Source of the DNA: a virus
DNA: 46,266 nucleotides
Strand: one strand, 5' to 3'
Virus record (IMG/VR): IMGVR_UViG_3300033145_003126
Location: 1 to 46,266 of that record
The position numbers and the translations under genes were made by a program. This document shows positions 17,443-25,676 of the stretch, piece by piece. How positions within the stretch are numbered: the first letter of the stretch is position 1; every line of letters starts with the position of its first letter. Below the pieces are notes generated by a model. It ran no database searches, was not told where the DNA came from, and saw nothing but the letters and a program-made list of their open reading frames with translations.

Positions 17443-17483
17443 GTAGTACTACCCATAAATAAAGTACTAATATTACTACTAAA

Positions 17484-17796
17484 ATAGGTTAGATAGGTTT
17501 TTTAGGTTTGTTCCCTACCGGGTTCGGGGAGTATAGGGTATACTTTTTATTATTTTTAAAAAAGTATATCGTTTATTCTCTAAAGTCGGGGGAAGGAAAT
17601 AAACCTATTTAACCTATTAAACCTATTTTAACCTATAACGGCAGGCTTGCACAAATTAGGTTTGCAAAAAGTTGACCTATTTTCGGTGTGGGTTAAACCT
17701 ATCGAGAATTCACTGTGCAGGTTTAATAGGTTAAAAGTAAAATAAGTTTAATAGAGTCTAATTCTTTTTAGACCTATTAAACCTATTAAACCTATT
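17484..17796. repeat. Iteron-like array of the (A/G)AACCTAT(T) core, about 14 copies in both orientations
   Basis: Direct copies start at 17601, 17611, 17619 and 17630 (9-10 bp phasing), at 17674 and 17695, and at 17771, 17779 and 17788 (9 bp phasing). Inverted copies are at 17484-17490, 17493-17499, 17503-17509, 17655-17663 and 17725-17732. Confidence 0.85.
17539..17568. repeat. Perfect 10-bp AT-only inverted repeat (possible unwinding element / cruciform)
   Basis: TATACTTTTT (17539-17548) and AAAAAGTATA (17559-17568) are separated by a 10-nt AT loop, in the centre of the iteron region. Confidence 0.7.
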
Positions 17797-17868
17797 TATA
17801 CTTTTACGAGAAAACTGTGGTTTTAATAAGACTTTTTTTATAAATCCTATTTATTTAATAAATCCCGT

Positions 17869-18183
17869 TTATTTAAGGGCCAAATCAGCCCATTTATAAT
17901 CTTCTTCAGTCCAATCTTCAGGCACAGAACCATACTCAATATCTTCATGTTCATCTCTGAGTGAAGTATCTCTATATAAATTTTCTTCAATCTTTAATAC
18001 TTCAAGGAGTACTTCATTTGGCAAAAGGTATCCTTCTTCTTTCAAATCTCTTTCTACAATATCTATTGGGACTCCATATCTGGCAAATAGAGTCTTTGAA
18101 GATATAGGCATGTTATATATTTCACCTAACATACCAATTAATCTTATTTTTTCAGGCCTTATCCTTTGTCTCAAAGTCTTCAT
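17869..18183 (-). CDS. Hypothetical acidic protein, last gene of the primase operon
   Basis: A 104-aa ORF with an ATGA overlap to the upstream micro-ORF. Confidence 0.6.
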   Translation of the reverse strand: MKTLRQRIRPEKIRLIGMLGEIYNMPISSKTLFARYGVPIDIVERDLKEEGYLLPNEVLLEVLKIEENLYRDTSLRDEHEDIEYGSVPEDWTEEDYKWADLALK

Positions 18184-18335
18184 AGTGTTCCATATTTAGA
18201 TTCATATACTACTTTGTTTGGCTTAAATTCTATTTCTGTATATTCATCTTTTATCCATTCAAAAGAGTATACAGTCAATGCCAGAAGAATAGCTAGCAGA
18301 AGCCATGGCCTTATAAAGCCTTCAAATTCATCCAT
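18180..18335 (-). CDS. 51-aa single-TM micro-protein
   Basis: My translation is MDEFEGFIRPWLLLAILLALTVYSFEWIKDEYTEIEFKPNKVVYESKYGTL. Its ATG lies inside the last codons of the primase gene (AAAAATGGATGA) and its stop overlaps the next ATG. It is below the track cutoff. Confidence 0.45.
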   Translation of the reverse strand: MDEFEGFIRPWLLLAILLALTVYSFEWIKDEYTEIEFKPNKVVYESKYGTL

Positions 18336-21060
18336 TTTTCTTCACTATCAACCACCTAACAATATTTGATGATCTCTTCTTTAGGGATAGGCCACCCAGT
18401 ACCATATCAACCATAGTGGAAAAGAACTTCCCAACAGTTCGGGAGTTCTTAGCCTTATTGCCCAAAGCATCAGTCAAGGCATTTCCAAGCTCTGTTTCTT
18501 CAGATTCGAAAGCTCCAAAAGCTGATTTAATTACTTCCCTGGTGGTGAATTCATCCCCATTAAAAACAGCCTGTAGTTGAGTAAGCACATCCAGCTTAGA
18601 TAATTGTAGAGGGTCATCTTTTTGGTTATTCTTTACAGCATCATTTACATCAATGCCACTTACTTTTAACAATGGCCTGCGAACAAACTGATCCCATAAT
18701 TTAAACCGGGTTGAGCCACCAACCTCCAGCATGCCCTTTCCATTGACTATGATAGATAGCAAAGCGGAAATTATCTTTTTTCGATTATCCATTGCCCATT
18801 GCCCAATATTATCTCTTTTAAACACTCTTGTGTTAGGGTCTTCCATATCAGGATTGATGGTGATAGGGTATATGCGGGTGGCAAAATCCCCCACAAATTT
18901 AATGCCATTTCCTGTGAATATCCAGATAACTGAAGATGGCACCTCTATGGTTTTATTCTCTCCAAGCTGCCTCCCGCCATATACATCATTGGACATAGCC
19001 ATAGCCAAACGGCCTGATTGGATAGTACTTCCCTGTTTAATATTATCAAATAATACACAGCTATGACCCTCTTGAAGTATAGCCAGAATGTGTTTGCCAA
19101 GTTCTTCTTCATCTTCACTCCAGGAGCTTGCAGCCACAGGCCTATTAAATACTGAATAAGAAAGTAGTTGGGCCAGGGTGGTCTTACCAGAACTCTGGAT
19201 GGGGGATACTATACCAAAACCAGGCATCCCGGTATCTCCAGCAATAGTGGGCCTTTGAATAGCAGTTAATAGAGCAGCAATTGCTACCACTCTATCTAAT
19301 TCTTCAGCAAAAGGGAACTCATCCAGAACTACCTTAGAAATATATTCATAGGCCACTTTTGGATCCATTTTAGTCACTTTAAGCTTTCGGTGGAGTAGAG
19401 TATAAAGGCCTGTGATTTTGTTGTAGCCATTCTTCTGCACTAAGTCCCATTTGTTGTCTATAAATGGGTGTTCTACTATCCCTGTGAGGGATTTAAAGTG
19501 ATTGTTGTTTGCTTCTCCTATCATATGTAGTACTCTTGTTGGGCATTCAATATCTGTTCCTGTTTCATTGGTGAAGATAACATCCTTTTCTAATCTGCCA
19601 CCAAGGGAATAGTATGGCCTCATGAAGTGTTTTATAATAGGGATTTTTGGATAATCTTTTCCAAGCTCTGCTAATTTAGTACACTGCCTGATAGTTTTTG
19701 GTATCCCCAAAGCAACACTGGCCAAGCCACCTCCCATCTTAAACACCTGGGGGTACTTTTTGGATTCAGCCAACACAGTTCCTGCTGCTTTAGACACATC
19801 CCCTCCATTGATAGCTGTACACTCCAACTCAAATACCCCTTTGGACTTTCTCTCTTCTGATTTGGCTGCTTTGGCCCTCTCTGCCTTTTCTTTATTGGCT
19901 TGTTCTTCTGCTATTTTAACAGTCTTTTTTACATCATTTACTCCAAAACCAATCTTGATCACTATCTGAGCAATAGCAGTAGTCCTATCCATTGGACTCA
20001 AATTTAATATCTTCTGAGCAAAATTGGCTTTGACTGTCAAGGTGTTCTCTTCTTTGATCCAGTATAGTACTTCCTCAAGGGTGGGATTATCCACAATCTC
20101 TACAGCACTATCCACAGACCTACCAATATCATCAAACCTATCCTGCCACCGCTTATCATTCTTTTCAGTAGAACTCATGCCCCTCTTAGCTGCGTTCATA
20201 GCCCCTTCCAGCATTTCCTTTACCGTAAGGGCAGGAACCTTCTTATTTATTAGTGAGAGAGCGAGTTTATTCAACTCTTCATGGTAGTTTTCGGCTGTTA
20301 ATATCTTTTCTACTCCAGCAGCAAGGTCATAACTATCTGAAGTACTGCTGATACCATTCCTTATTACTTTGTTAGAAGGATCAGGCACCCAGAAAAGCTC
20401 ACCCATCTTCTGGACATAACCCAGGAAGTTCTTCACTGGGTCTTCAGCTCCTTCACAGATTCTCTTCTGAATATAGATAGGCTGAGCACAATTCAGAACA
20501 CTATCATCAATGATATTGCCCCAGCCCTTCTCCTTATTATAGCCTTTTATCCAGGCCCGGATATCAAGATTGTGGACTGGAGTATTGAGCCAGAAGAAGA
20601 GATGGCACTTCAATTCTTTAGTGGTCAGACCATAAGAAGATGAATATTGATAGATATAATCTGCGGAATGGAATGGCTCAGGAAGTTGCTCTGTGATAAA
20701 GGCTTCAATATCTGGATTTTTATATCCATCAATATCTAAGCAGAACAGGCTCAAGTTCCTATCTGTTATAGTAGGTTTGAGCCCATCTTGGTGATCTGAC
20801 CTTTTCCGTCTGATCATATTCTCTTTGTCAGTTCCATCTATTATGGCTCCATGGATCATGAAGACTGAATGGTCTTGATTAGTCTGTAGAATTTCATAGG
20901 CTTGTTGGAGAGTTTTAATTGGTATTTCAAATCCTTTGAAGTACTTCCCAGCCTTGTAATTCTTTTTCAGCTCCCACTCCCCCTGCTCAAATGCAAAGGT
21001 CTTTGTGGCCACCCCTTTAAGGGGCATTAGAAAATTGAAATTATGTTCCATATGATTCAT
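18328..21060 (-). CDS. Bifunctional primase-polymerase / P-loop helicase (replication initiator)
   Basis: About 910 aa. The N-terminal prim-pol-like part carries LFCLDIDGY (DxD). The C-terminal part has Walker A SPIQSSGKTTLAQLL and Walker B CVLFDNI. I moved the start to ATG 21060 (MNHMEHN), which has the RBS AAGGAAGG and an ATGA overlap with the upstream micro-ORF. Confidence 0.8.
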   Translation of the reverse strand: MNHMEHNFNFLMPLKGVATKTFAFEQGEWELKKNYKAGKYFKGFEIPIKTLQQAYEILQTNQDHSVFMIHGAIIDGTDKENMIRRKRSDHQDGLKPTITDRNLSLFCLDIDGYKNPDIEAFITEQLPEPFHSADYIYQYSSSYGLTTKELKCHLFFWLNTPVHNLDIRAWIKGYNKEKGWGNIIDDSVLNCAQPIYIQKRICEGAEDPVKNFLGYVQKMGELFWVPDPSNKVIRNGISSTSDSYDLAAGVEKILTAENYHEELNKLALSLINKKVPALTVKEMLEGAMNAAKRGMSSTEKNDKRWQDRFDDIGRSVDSAVEIVDNPTLEEVLYWIKEENTLTVKANFAQKILNLSPMDRTTAIAQIVIKIGFGVNDVKKTVKIAEEQANKEKAERAKAAKSEERKSKGVFELECTAINGGDVSKAAGTVLAESKKYPQVFKMGGGLASVALGIPKTIRQCTKLAELGKDYPKIPIIKHFMRPYYSLGGRLEKDVIFTNETGTDIECPTRVLHMIGEANNNHFKSLTGIVEHPFIDNKWDLVQKNGYNKITGLYTLLHRKLKVTKMDPKVAYEYISKVVLDEFPFAEELDRVVAIAALLTAIQRPTIAGDTGMPGFGIVSPIQSSGKTTLAQLLSYSVFNRPVAASSWSEDEEELGKHILAILQEGHSCVLFDNIKQGSTIQSGRLAMAMSNDVYGGRQLGENKTIEVPSSVIWIFTGNGIKFVGDFATRIYPITINPDMEDPNTRVFKRDNIGQWAMDNRKKIISALLSIIVNGKGMLEVGGSTRFKLWDQFVRRPLLKVSGIDVNDAVKNNQKDDPLQLSKLDVLTQLQAVFNGDEFTTREVIKSAFGAFESEETELGNALTDALGNKAKNSRTVGKFFSTMVDMVLGGLSLKKRSSNIVRWLIVKKNG

Positions 21061-21221
21061 CCTTCCTTTCTTGGTGCTTCCCATCCATCATGAATTAAAC
21101 ATCCATCTGTCATATCCCCAATACAAGTGCAGGCTGGATCACTAATTTCTGGTGTGATTTTAATCTCTGTTATGGTAAAATTAGTTTGCCCAATATCAAT
21201 ATATACAGTTGCCTTATCCAT
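21057..21221 (-). CDS. 54-aa Cys-containing micro-ORF, leader gene of the primase operon
   Basis: My translation is MDKATVYIDIGQTNFTITEIKITPEISDPACTCIGDMTDGCLIHDGWEAPRKEG. There is an RBS (AAAGGGA) 7 nt upstream, and the stop overlaps the primase ATG. Confidence 0.4.
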   Translation of the reverse strand: MDKATVYIDIGQTNFTITEIKITPEISDPACTCIGDMTDGCLIHDGWEAPRKEG

Positions 21222-21240
21222 TTAAATCCCTTTCCAATAA

Positions 21241-21267
21241 ATTAGGTTTAGTAGGTTTATAACCTAT
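21241..21267. repeat. Three AACCTA-core copies in the divergent promoter region
   Basis: The sequence ATTAGGTTTAGTAGGTTTATAACCTAT holds two inverted copies and one direct copy of the core found in the 17484-17796 array. Confidence 0.7.
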
Positions 21268-21361
21268 CTAAAAATAAAAATAAAGAAAAAAATTAATTTT
21301 TCTTAATAGGATCAATTGGTTATAAGACCAATATTGAGATATCTAATGATTCCAAATAGTT

Positions 21362-21389
21362 ATGACTTATCTATTTCCCCCTATATAAT
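21362..21389 (+). promoter_or_regulatory. Candidate early promoter ATGACT-N16-TATAAT (extended CCTATATAAT)
   Basis: Sigma-70-like spacing, about 105 nt upstream of the first plus-strand gene. Confidence 0.35.
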
Positions 21390-21422
21390 AAGGTATAAAT
21401 ATTTAAAAAACAAAAATAAATG

Positions 21423-21451
21423 TTTACTTTTGGTTTTTAGTCCTATATACT
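21423..21451 (+). promoter_or_regulatory. Candidate early promoter TTTACT-N17-TATACT (extended CCTATATACT)
   Basis: Located 43 nt upstream of the ATG at 21494. It has the same TTTACT and CCTATATA elements as 22686-22714. Confidence 0.4.
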
Positions 21452-21493
21452 GTATTTAACAAAACAAAACAAACTTACAAAAAAGGAGCAAAA

Positions 21494-22189
21494 ATGGAAC
21501 GAAAACAAATTATAGACAAAGTAGTCAAGCTCATGGCCCTCTCAGAAAATAATTCAAACTCAGCCGAAGCAAAAGCTGCTAAAAATATGGCTGCTAAGCT
21601 CATGGCCAAGCATGATATCTCGGTTATAGAAGCAAAAGAGAAGCCACAGTTTGGAGAAAACCAACGGATGCTGGCTCGAAAGAATCACAAAAAAGAAGAT
21701 ACCATCCTTTTTAATTGTATAGCTGAATTTAATGGAGTGTGTCTGCTCACTCATAAGGGCAACAAATTTTTTAAGGCATCATACATCTTTGTAGGCAGGG
21801 CTCAAGATATTGAAGGTAGTGATTATATGATAGATGTGGTTCTTCAGCAAAGGGAATATGCTTGGAAAAAATATCTCAAGGCTAACAAAAAAAGGCTTGA
21901 GGGCACTACACAAGGGAAGGAACGTGGACTGTGGATGTATGGCTTTGGCTTTGGAGTTAGAGCAAAATTAGAAGAATTAACCAGGATGAAAAATCAGAAG
22001 GTTCAAGAATATGGCTTGGTGCCTGTAAGCCTTAAAGACCAAGCTCTGGCAGAATACCAAAAAGATCACCAAATAAAAGACTCTAAATCAAAAATTACCA
22101 GATATAATCCTGCTGGATTTAATTCAGGCAAAGATGTTCATATCCATAAGGGAGTAAGCAAACAGACTTCAACCAAACAGATAGGATAA
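21494..22189 (+). CDS. DUF2786-like early protein
   Basis: A 231-aa ORF. The N-terminus IIDKVVKLMALSENNSNSAEAKAAKNMAAKLMAKHDI is the classic DUF2786 pattern. There is a strong RBS (AAAAGGAG). Confidence 0.65.
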   Translation: MERKQIIDKVVKLMALSENNSNSAEAKAAKNMAAKLMAKHDISVIEAKEKPQFGENQRMLARKNHKKEDTILFNCIAEFNGVCLLTHKGNKFFKASYIFVGRAQDIEGSDYMIDVVLQQREYAWKKYLKANKKRLEGTTQGKERGLWMYGFGFGVRAKLEELTRMKNQKVQEYGLVPVSLKDQALAEYQKDHQIKDSKSKITRYNPAGFNSGKDVHIHKGVSKQTSTKQIG

Positions 22190-22198
22190 GGAGCTAAA

Positions 22199-22639
22199 AT
22201 GAAAACCACTTTTAAAATATCTAAAGATTATACAAATGATGAATATCAAGTAAAAGCATATGAGGATGGCAAACTGAATCCTAAAAGGACATATTTCACA
22301 GATGACTTGACAGATGCTAATGATACCAGGTCAGCCATGATAGAAGAAGAGAATATCAAGAATCCACCTGAGCCGGATCCCCTTATAAAGCATTTAGAAA
22401 ACACAATTAAAAGATATGAGGGTGTTGCTGGGGCTCAGGAGATAATAGGAGATAAAGAGCTCAAAGCTGAATATGAGGCAAAAGTAGATGCTCTTCAAAT
22501 TCTTATATATGAAATTAAAAATAACCTGATAAGGGGCTTACCTTTGGAGACTAAACACTTTTCCCTCAATCCTAATCAAGATGAATTAGTTGAGGCAATA
22601 TCCTGCATCAGAAAATTCTTGGAAGCAATAGAATCCTAA
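22199..22639 (+). CDS. Hypothetical protein
   Basis: A 146-aa ORF with RBS AAGGAG. I have no confident family assignment. Confidence 0.6.
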   Translation: MKTTFKISKDYTNDEYQVKAYEDGKLNPKRTYFTDDLTDANDTRSAMIEEENIKNPPEPDPLIKHLENTIKRYEGVAGAQEIIGDKELKAEYEAKVDALQILIYEIKNNLIRGLPLETKHFSLNPNQDELVEAISCIRKFLEAIES

Positions 22640-22685
22640 AAGATATCAAGCATTTAAAAAATATTAAAAAAAATAAAAATAATCC

Positions 22686-22714
22686 TTTACTTTAACCTAT
22701 TAAACCTATATAAT
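22686..22714 (+). promoter_or_regulatory. Candidate promoter TTTACT-N17-TATAAT with two AACCTAT cores in the spacer
   Basis: CTTTACTTTAACCTATTAAACCTATATAAT lies 65 nt upstream of the ATG at 22780. Confidence 0.4.
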
Positions 22715-22779
22715 GAATTTATTGATCGGGTGAAAATTTACCAAACTTAAAAACTTATAAACTTAAAAGGGGAAACAAA

Positions 22780-23631
22780 ATGAAAGATCAAGGAGAAAAA
22801 ATCAATTTTATAAAAGATGAAATTAAAAAACTTAACGAGAGAACCAAGGCCAAGGCCAAGGCCAAAGCAACGGCAAAAGCAACTTCTAAAAAAACAGCAA
22901 CCAAAAAAATAGTTTCAAAAAAAGCCACCACCAAAAAAGGAGAAAAGAAAATGGGAAAAACAACAGTGCCGGATTTTATGAAAAATTTTAAAATGGTTCC
23001 TGGGATGCTCATCGGGAACAGAGATGCGAAAGTTTGGATGTATGGAACTCTCAAATCCAGGGCCGCAAGGCCTGCTATTAAAGAGGTCAAAGGGGTTAAG
23101 GCTGTTGAGGCAAAAAAAGCTGTAAAGGCTGTAAAAGAAAAAGTAGCCAATACTGGCAGGGTTATCCAGGAAGCAGTAAAAGCTCAGGCTGCTATTAAAG
23201 AGGTCAAAGGGGTTAAGGCTGTTGAGGCAAAAGAAGCTATTGAAGGCCTGCCTACTCGCTACCAAGGCTTTGCGATTGGTAACACCCCGGAAATCCTGAA
23301 TGAGATGATTGCTCGAATTGCTGATCAGGGCTTTTATCCTGATAATGAAGGAGCTCACCAGCCCATTGATGAAGTAAAATTTTCTGCTCACTATACCATG
23401 GAAGATGTTAAAGGCTTCAGAAGTGCAGTAAAGCTGGCCAAAGGACCAGGGAAATATAATGAGGTTGGCTTAGCCAAGAAAAAGGCAGAAGAGAAGGGTG
23501 TTGCAGCCAAGAAAAAGGCTGAGGGAAAGGCTGCTGCTGATAAGAAAAAAGCAGCTGAGAAAAAAGCTGGGGAAGAGAATGATGCCAATCTCAGTGGAGA
23601 CAAAACTGAGGGTGGATGGCCCAAGTCATAA
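22780..23631 (+). CDS. Lys/Ala-rich histone-H1-like (nucleoid-associated?) protein
   Basis: A 283-aa ORF with an N-terminal KAKAKAKATAKATSKKTATKK tract and a C-terminal AKKKAEEKGVAAKKKAEGKAAADKKKAAEKKA tract around a globular core. It contains an internal 44-bp perfect duplication. Confidence 0.55.
   Translation: MKDQGEKINFIKDEIKKLNERTKAKAKAKATAKATSKKTATKKIVSKKATTKKGEKKMGKTTVPDFMKNFKMVPGMLIGNRDAKVWMYGTLKSRAARPAIKEVKGVKAVEAKKAVKAVKEKVANTGRVIQEAVKAQAAIKEVKGVKAVEAKEAIEGLPTRYQGFAIGNTPEILNEMIARIADQGFYPDNEGAHQPIDEVKFSAHYTMEDVKGFRSAVKLAKGPGKYNEVGLAKKKAEEKGVAAKKKAEGKAAADKKKAAEKKAGEENDANLSGDKTEGGWPKS
23072..23232 (+). repeat. Two perfect 44-bp direct copies (23072-23115 and 23189-23232), 117 nt apart and in frame
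   Basis: CTGCTATTAAAGAGGTCAAAGGGGTTAAGGCTGTTGAGGCAAAA occurs twice, encoding AIKEVKGVKAVEAK twice. Confidence 0.95.
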
Positions 23632-23655
23632 CCAATAACCTTTAACCCATGACCC

Positions 23656-23678
23656 AGCCCCCAGACAACCTGGGGGCT
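23656..23678 (+). terminator. GC-rich hairpin after the Lys/Ala-rich gene
   Basis: AGCCCCCAG-ACAAC-CTGGGGGCT forms a 9-bp stem followed by TT. It starts 25 nt after the stop codon. Confidence 0.55.
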
Positions 23679-23821
23679 TTACAAACTTAAATTAGAAATT
23701 TAAAAGCACAATATGATAGTTATAAAGTTGGAATATTTAGTAGGGTTGAACCTGTGTAGTTCTATCCTCTTAAATATTCACAGCATCACTAACCCACAAC
23801 CTTAAAAATAAGGAGAAAAGT

Positions 23822-23974
23822 ATGGGCACTTTTGATAAAGTTCTTTTCATAGATTGGTGTTATTTAGCAACCATAATAGGATCAAGCTTGACCATTATTT
23901 TCAGCACTATTGCTATTTTTTATAGCATCAGGGCACTTAACCTAATAAATAAGGAGAACAAATATGGCAGATGA
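23822..23974 (+). CDS. 50-aa single-TM micro-protein
   Basis: My translation is MGTFDKVLFIDWCYLATIIGSSLTIIFSTIAIFYSIRALNLINKEENKYGR-like (read as ...LINKENKYGR). The RBS AAGGAGAAAAG is present, and its end overlaps the next gene's start. Confidence 0.4.
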   Translation: MGTFDKVLFIDWCYLATIIGSSLTIIFSTIAIFYSIRALNLINKENKYGR

Positions 23975-24344
23975 AGAAGGGGTCAAAGCCTGGGTTATAG
24001 CAGCCCACAGGTTAAAAGAGGCAAAAGAAACTGAGCTGAATTTAAGAGTACCTATCTGTGAGCAAATACTGGATGGGAAAATTAAAGGAGCCAAAAAAGG
24101 AAGCATTGGCAGGTTTACACTAACTGCTACTGCTAAAATCAATAACAAGGTGGATGCTGAACTATTAAAAGTCGGCTGGGAAGAGTTAACACCATCAGAG
24201 AAGGCTTGCATTAAATATACCCCCAGCCTTATAGCTGAAGAATATAACAAGCTTAAAGGGGTGGTAAAGCTCCATAGGTATGTTGATTCTAAGCCTGGCA
24301 CACCTTCCCTTGCTGTAAAAGGAGGCAGCTCAAATGGCAATTAA
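23964..24344 (+). CDS. Hypothetical protein preceding the AAA_24 / DUF669 recombination-type module
   Basis: A 126-aa ORF with RBS AAGGAG. Confidence 0.6.
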   Translation: MADEEGVKAWVIAAHRLKEAKETELNLRVPICEQILDGKIKGAKKGSIGRFTLTATAKINNKVDAELLKVGWEELTPSEKACIKYTPSLIAEEYNKLKGVVKLHRYVDSKPGTPSLAVKGGSSNGN

Positions 24345-25053
24345 ATTCACCACAACAAAGCAAAGTTCAGATTATATAAGGTGTATTGTTTATGGCCCTT
24401 CAGGAATTGGGAAAACTATGATGGCCAAGACAGCACCTGCCCCGGTCATTATCTCTTCTGAGAATAAACTTATAAGTTTGAAGGATGAAGAAATCCCGGT
24501 GATCCAGGTTCATGATCATATTGATCTGGAGGAAGCATACAACTTCCTGGTAACTAATAAAAAAGCAGCTGGATTCAAGACTATTGTTCTGGATTCTATC
24601 AGTGATATTGCAGAGGTTGTCCTGGAGTATTTCCGAAAAAATCCTGTAGATGGGAACACTCATCCACAGGCAGCATATGGTTCCTTGGCTGAAGTACTTC
24701 TGCCCCTTATAAAGAAATTCAGAGATATCCCAAATAGGCATGTTTATTTCATAGCCAAAGCAAAGCGGATCAAAGATGAATATACTGGGGTGACTTCTTG
24801 GAATCCTATGATGCCAGGCCAGCAACTTGGCCCAGCCCTTCCTTATCTCTTTGATTTTGTCTTTGCTATGAGGATGGGGGAGACTGATAAAGGGGTCAAA
24901 TACCGCTACCTTCAAACAGAGGGGGATATTCAATGGCTGGCCAAAGGGATTGAGACTCTCAATGCTATTGAAGAACCTAACCTGATTAAAATCTTTAACA
25001 AGGCTTTGGGGGTGACAAAAGAATCAGCAGAAGCTGAGAAGGGAGCTGATTGA
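24334..25053 (+). CDS. RecA-fold P-loop ATPase (AAA_24 / Sak4-like)
   Basis: Walker A VYGPSGIGKT and Walker B TIVLDSISD in a protein of about 240 aa. Confidence 0.75.
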   Translation: MAIKFTTTKQSSDYIRCIVYGPSGIGKTMMAKTAPAPVIISSENKLISLKDEEIPVIQVHDHIDLEEAYNFLVTNKKAAGFKTIVLDSISDIAEVVLEYFRKNPVDGNTHPQAAYGSLAEVLLPLIKKFRDIPNRHVYFIAKAKRIKDEYTGVTSWNPMMPGQQLGPALPYLFDFVFAMRMGETDKGVKYRYLQTEGDIQWLAKGIETLNAIEEPNLIKIFNKALGVTKESAEAEKGAD

Positions 25054-25119
25054 GATAAAATTGGGCAAAGATACTATAAAATAATAACTCAAATCAATTA
25101 AAATTAAAAGGAGAACAAA

Positions 25120-25626
25120 ATGGCTGAACTCGGTGGAGCATTTGATAGTGGTGGACATGATGATATGAATACTGGTTTTGACCCTATTCCTGCAGGGAAA
25201 TATGCAGCCCAAGTGGTAGAATCTGACTTCAAACCTACTGCCAGAAAAGATGGGAAGTATATCAAGCTGAAGTTTGAAATCCTTGAAGGGGAGTTCAAAG
25301 GAAGGTTCATCTGGACAAATCTCAATGTGGTCAATCCTAATCCGGTTGCTGTAGATATAGCCAATAAGGAATTGGCAACCCTTTGCCGGGCATGTGGAGT
25401 ATCAGTTATTCAGAATACTGAACAACTTCATGGTATTCCTATTCGGATGAAAATCAAAATCAAACCAGCCAAAGGAGATTATCCAGCAGGGAATGAACCC
25501 ATTGGATATGAGGCTTTAACAGTTGGGGCTCAAAGTGGTACTCCTGATTTTGCTGCTGAAGGCCAGGATGAGTCAGCCAGCAAAGAGGCAGCTGAAACAG
25601 GGGATGTCCCTTGGCCAACTGAATAA
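25120..25626 (+). CDS. DUF669-like putative ssDNA-binding protein
   Basis: FDPIPAGKYAAQVVESDFKPTARKDGKYIKLKFEILEGEFKGRFIW plus an acidic C-terminal tail, following the AAA_24 gene as in many phages. Confidence 0.6.
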   Translation: MAELGGAFDSGGHDDMNTGFDPIPAGKYAAQVVESDFKPTARKDGKYIKLKFEILEGEFKGRFIWTNLNVVNPNPVAVDIANKELATLCRACGVSVIQNTEQLHGIPIRMKIKIKPAKGDYPAGNEPIGYEALTVGAQSGTPDFAAEGQDESASKEAAETGDVPWPTE

Positions 25627-25676
25627 TAACATTTAACATACCAGGGGTGGTGGAAGTCCACTCCGAAAGGAACACC

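Noticed and set aside
17484-17796. Repeat array considered as a CRISPR array
   Set aside because: The units are only 8-10 bp, directly abutting or irregularly spaced, and in both orientations. There are no 25-40-bp spacers and no cas genes other than a stand-alone Cas4-like recombination nuclease.
17264-17868. tRNA or other structured RNA genes in the large intergenic regions (also 21222-21493 and 23632-23821)
   Set aside because: I could find no cloverleaf-compatible stems, no conserved T-loop (GTTCGAATC-like) or D-loop elements, and no CCA context. The GC-rich patch at 17511-17538 is too short. A proper tRNAscan/Infernal run was not possible.
21494-24344. Lysogeny module (integrase, CI/Cro-like repressors, excisionase) among the early genes
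   Set aside because: No tyrosine or serine recombinase motifs and no HTH repressor-like ORFs were recognised, so I make no claim of a temperate lifestyle. The small early ORFs remain uncharacterised.
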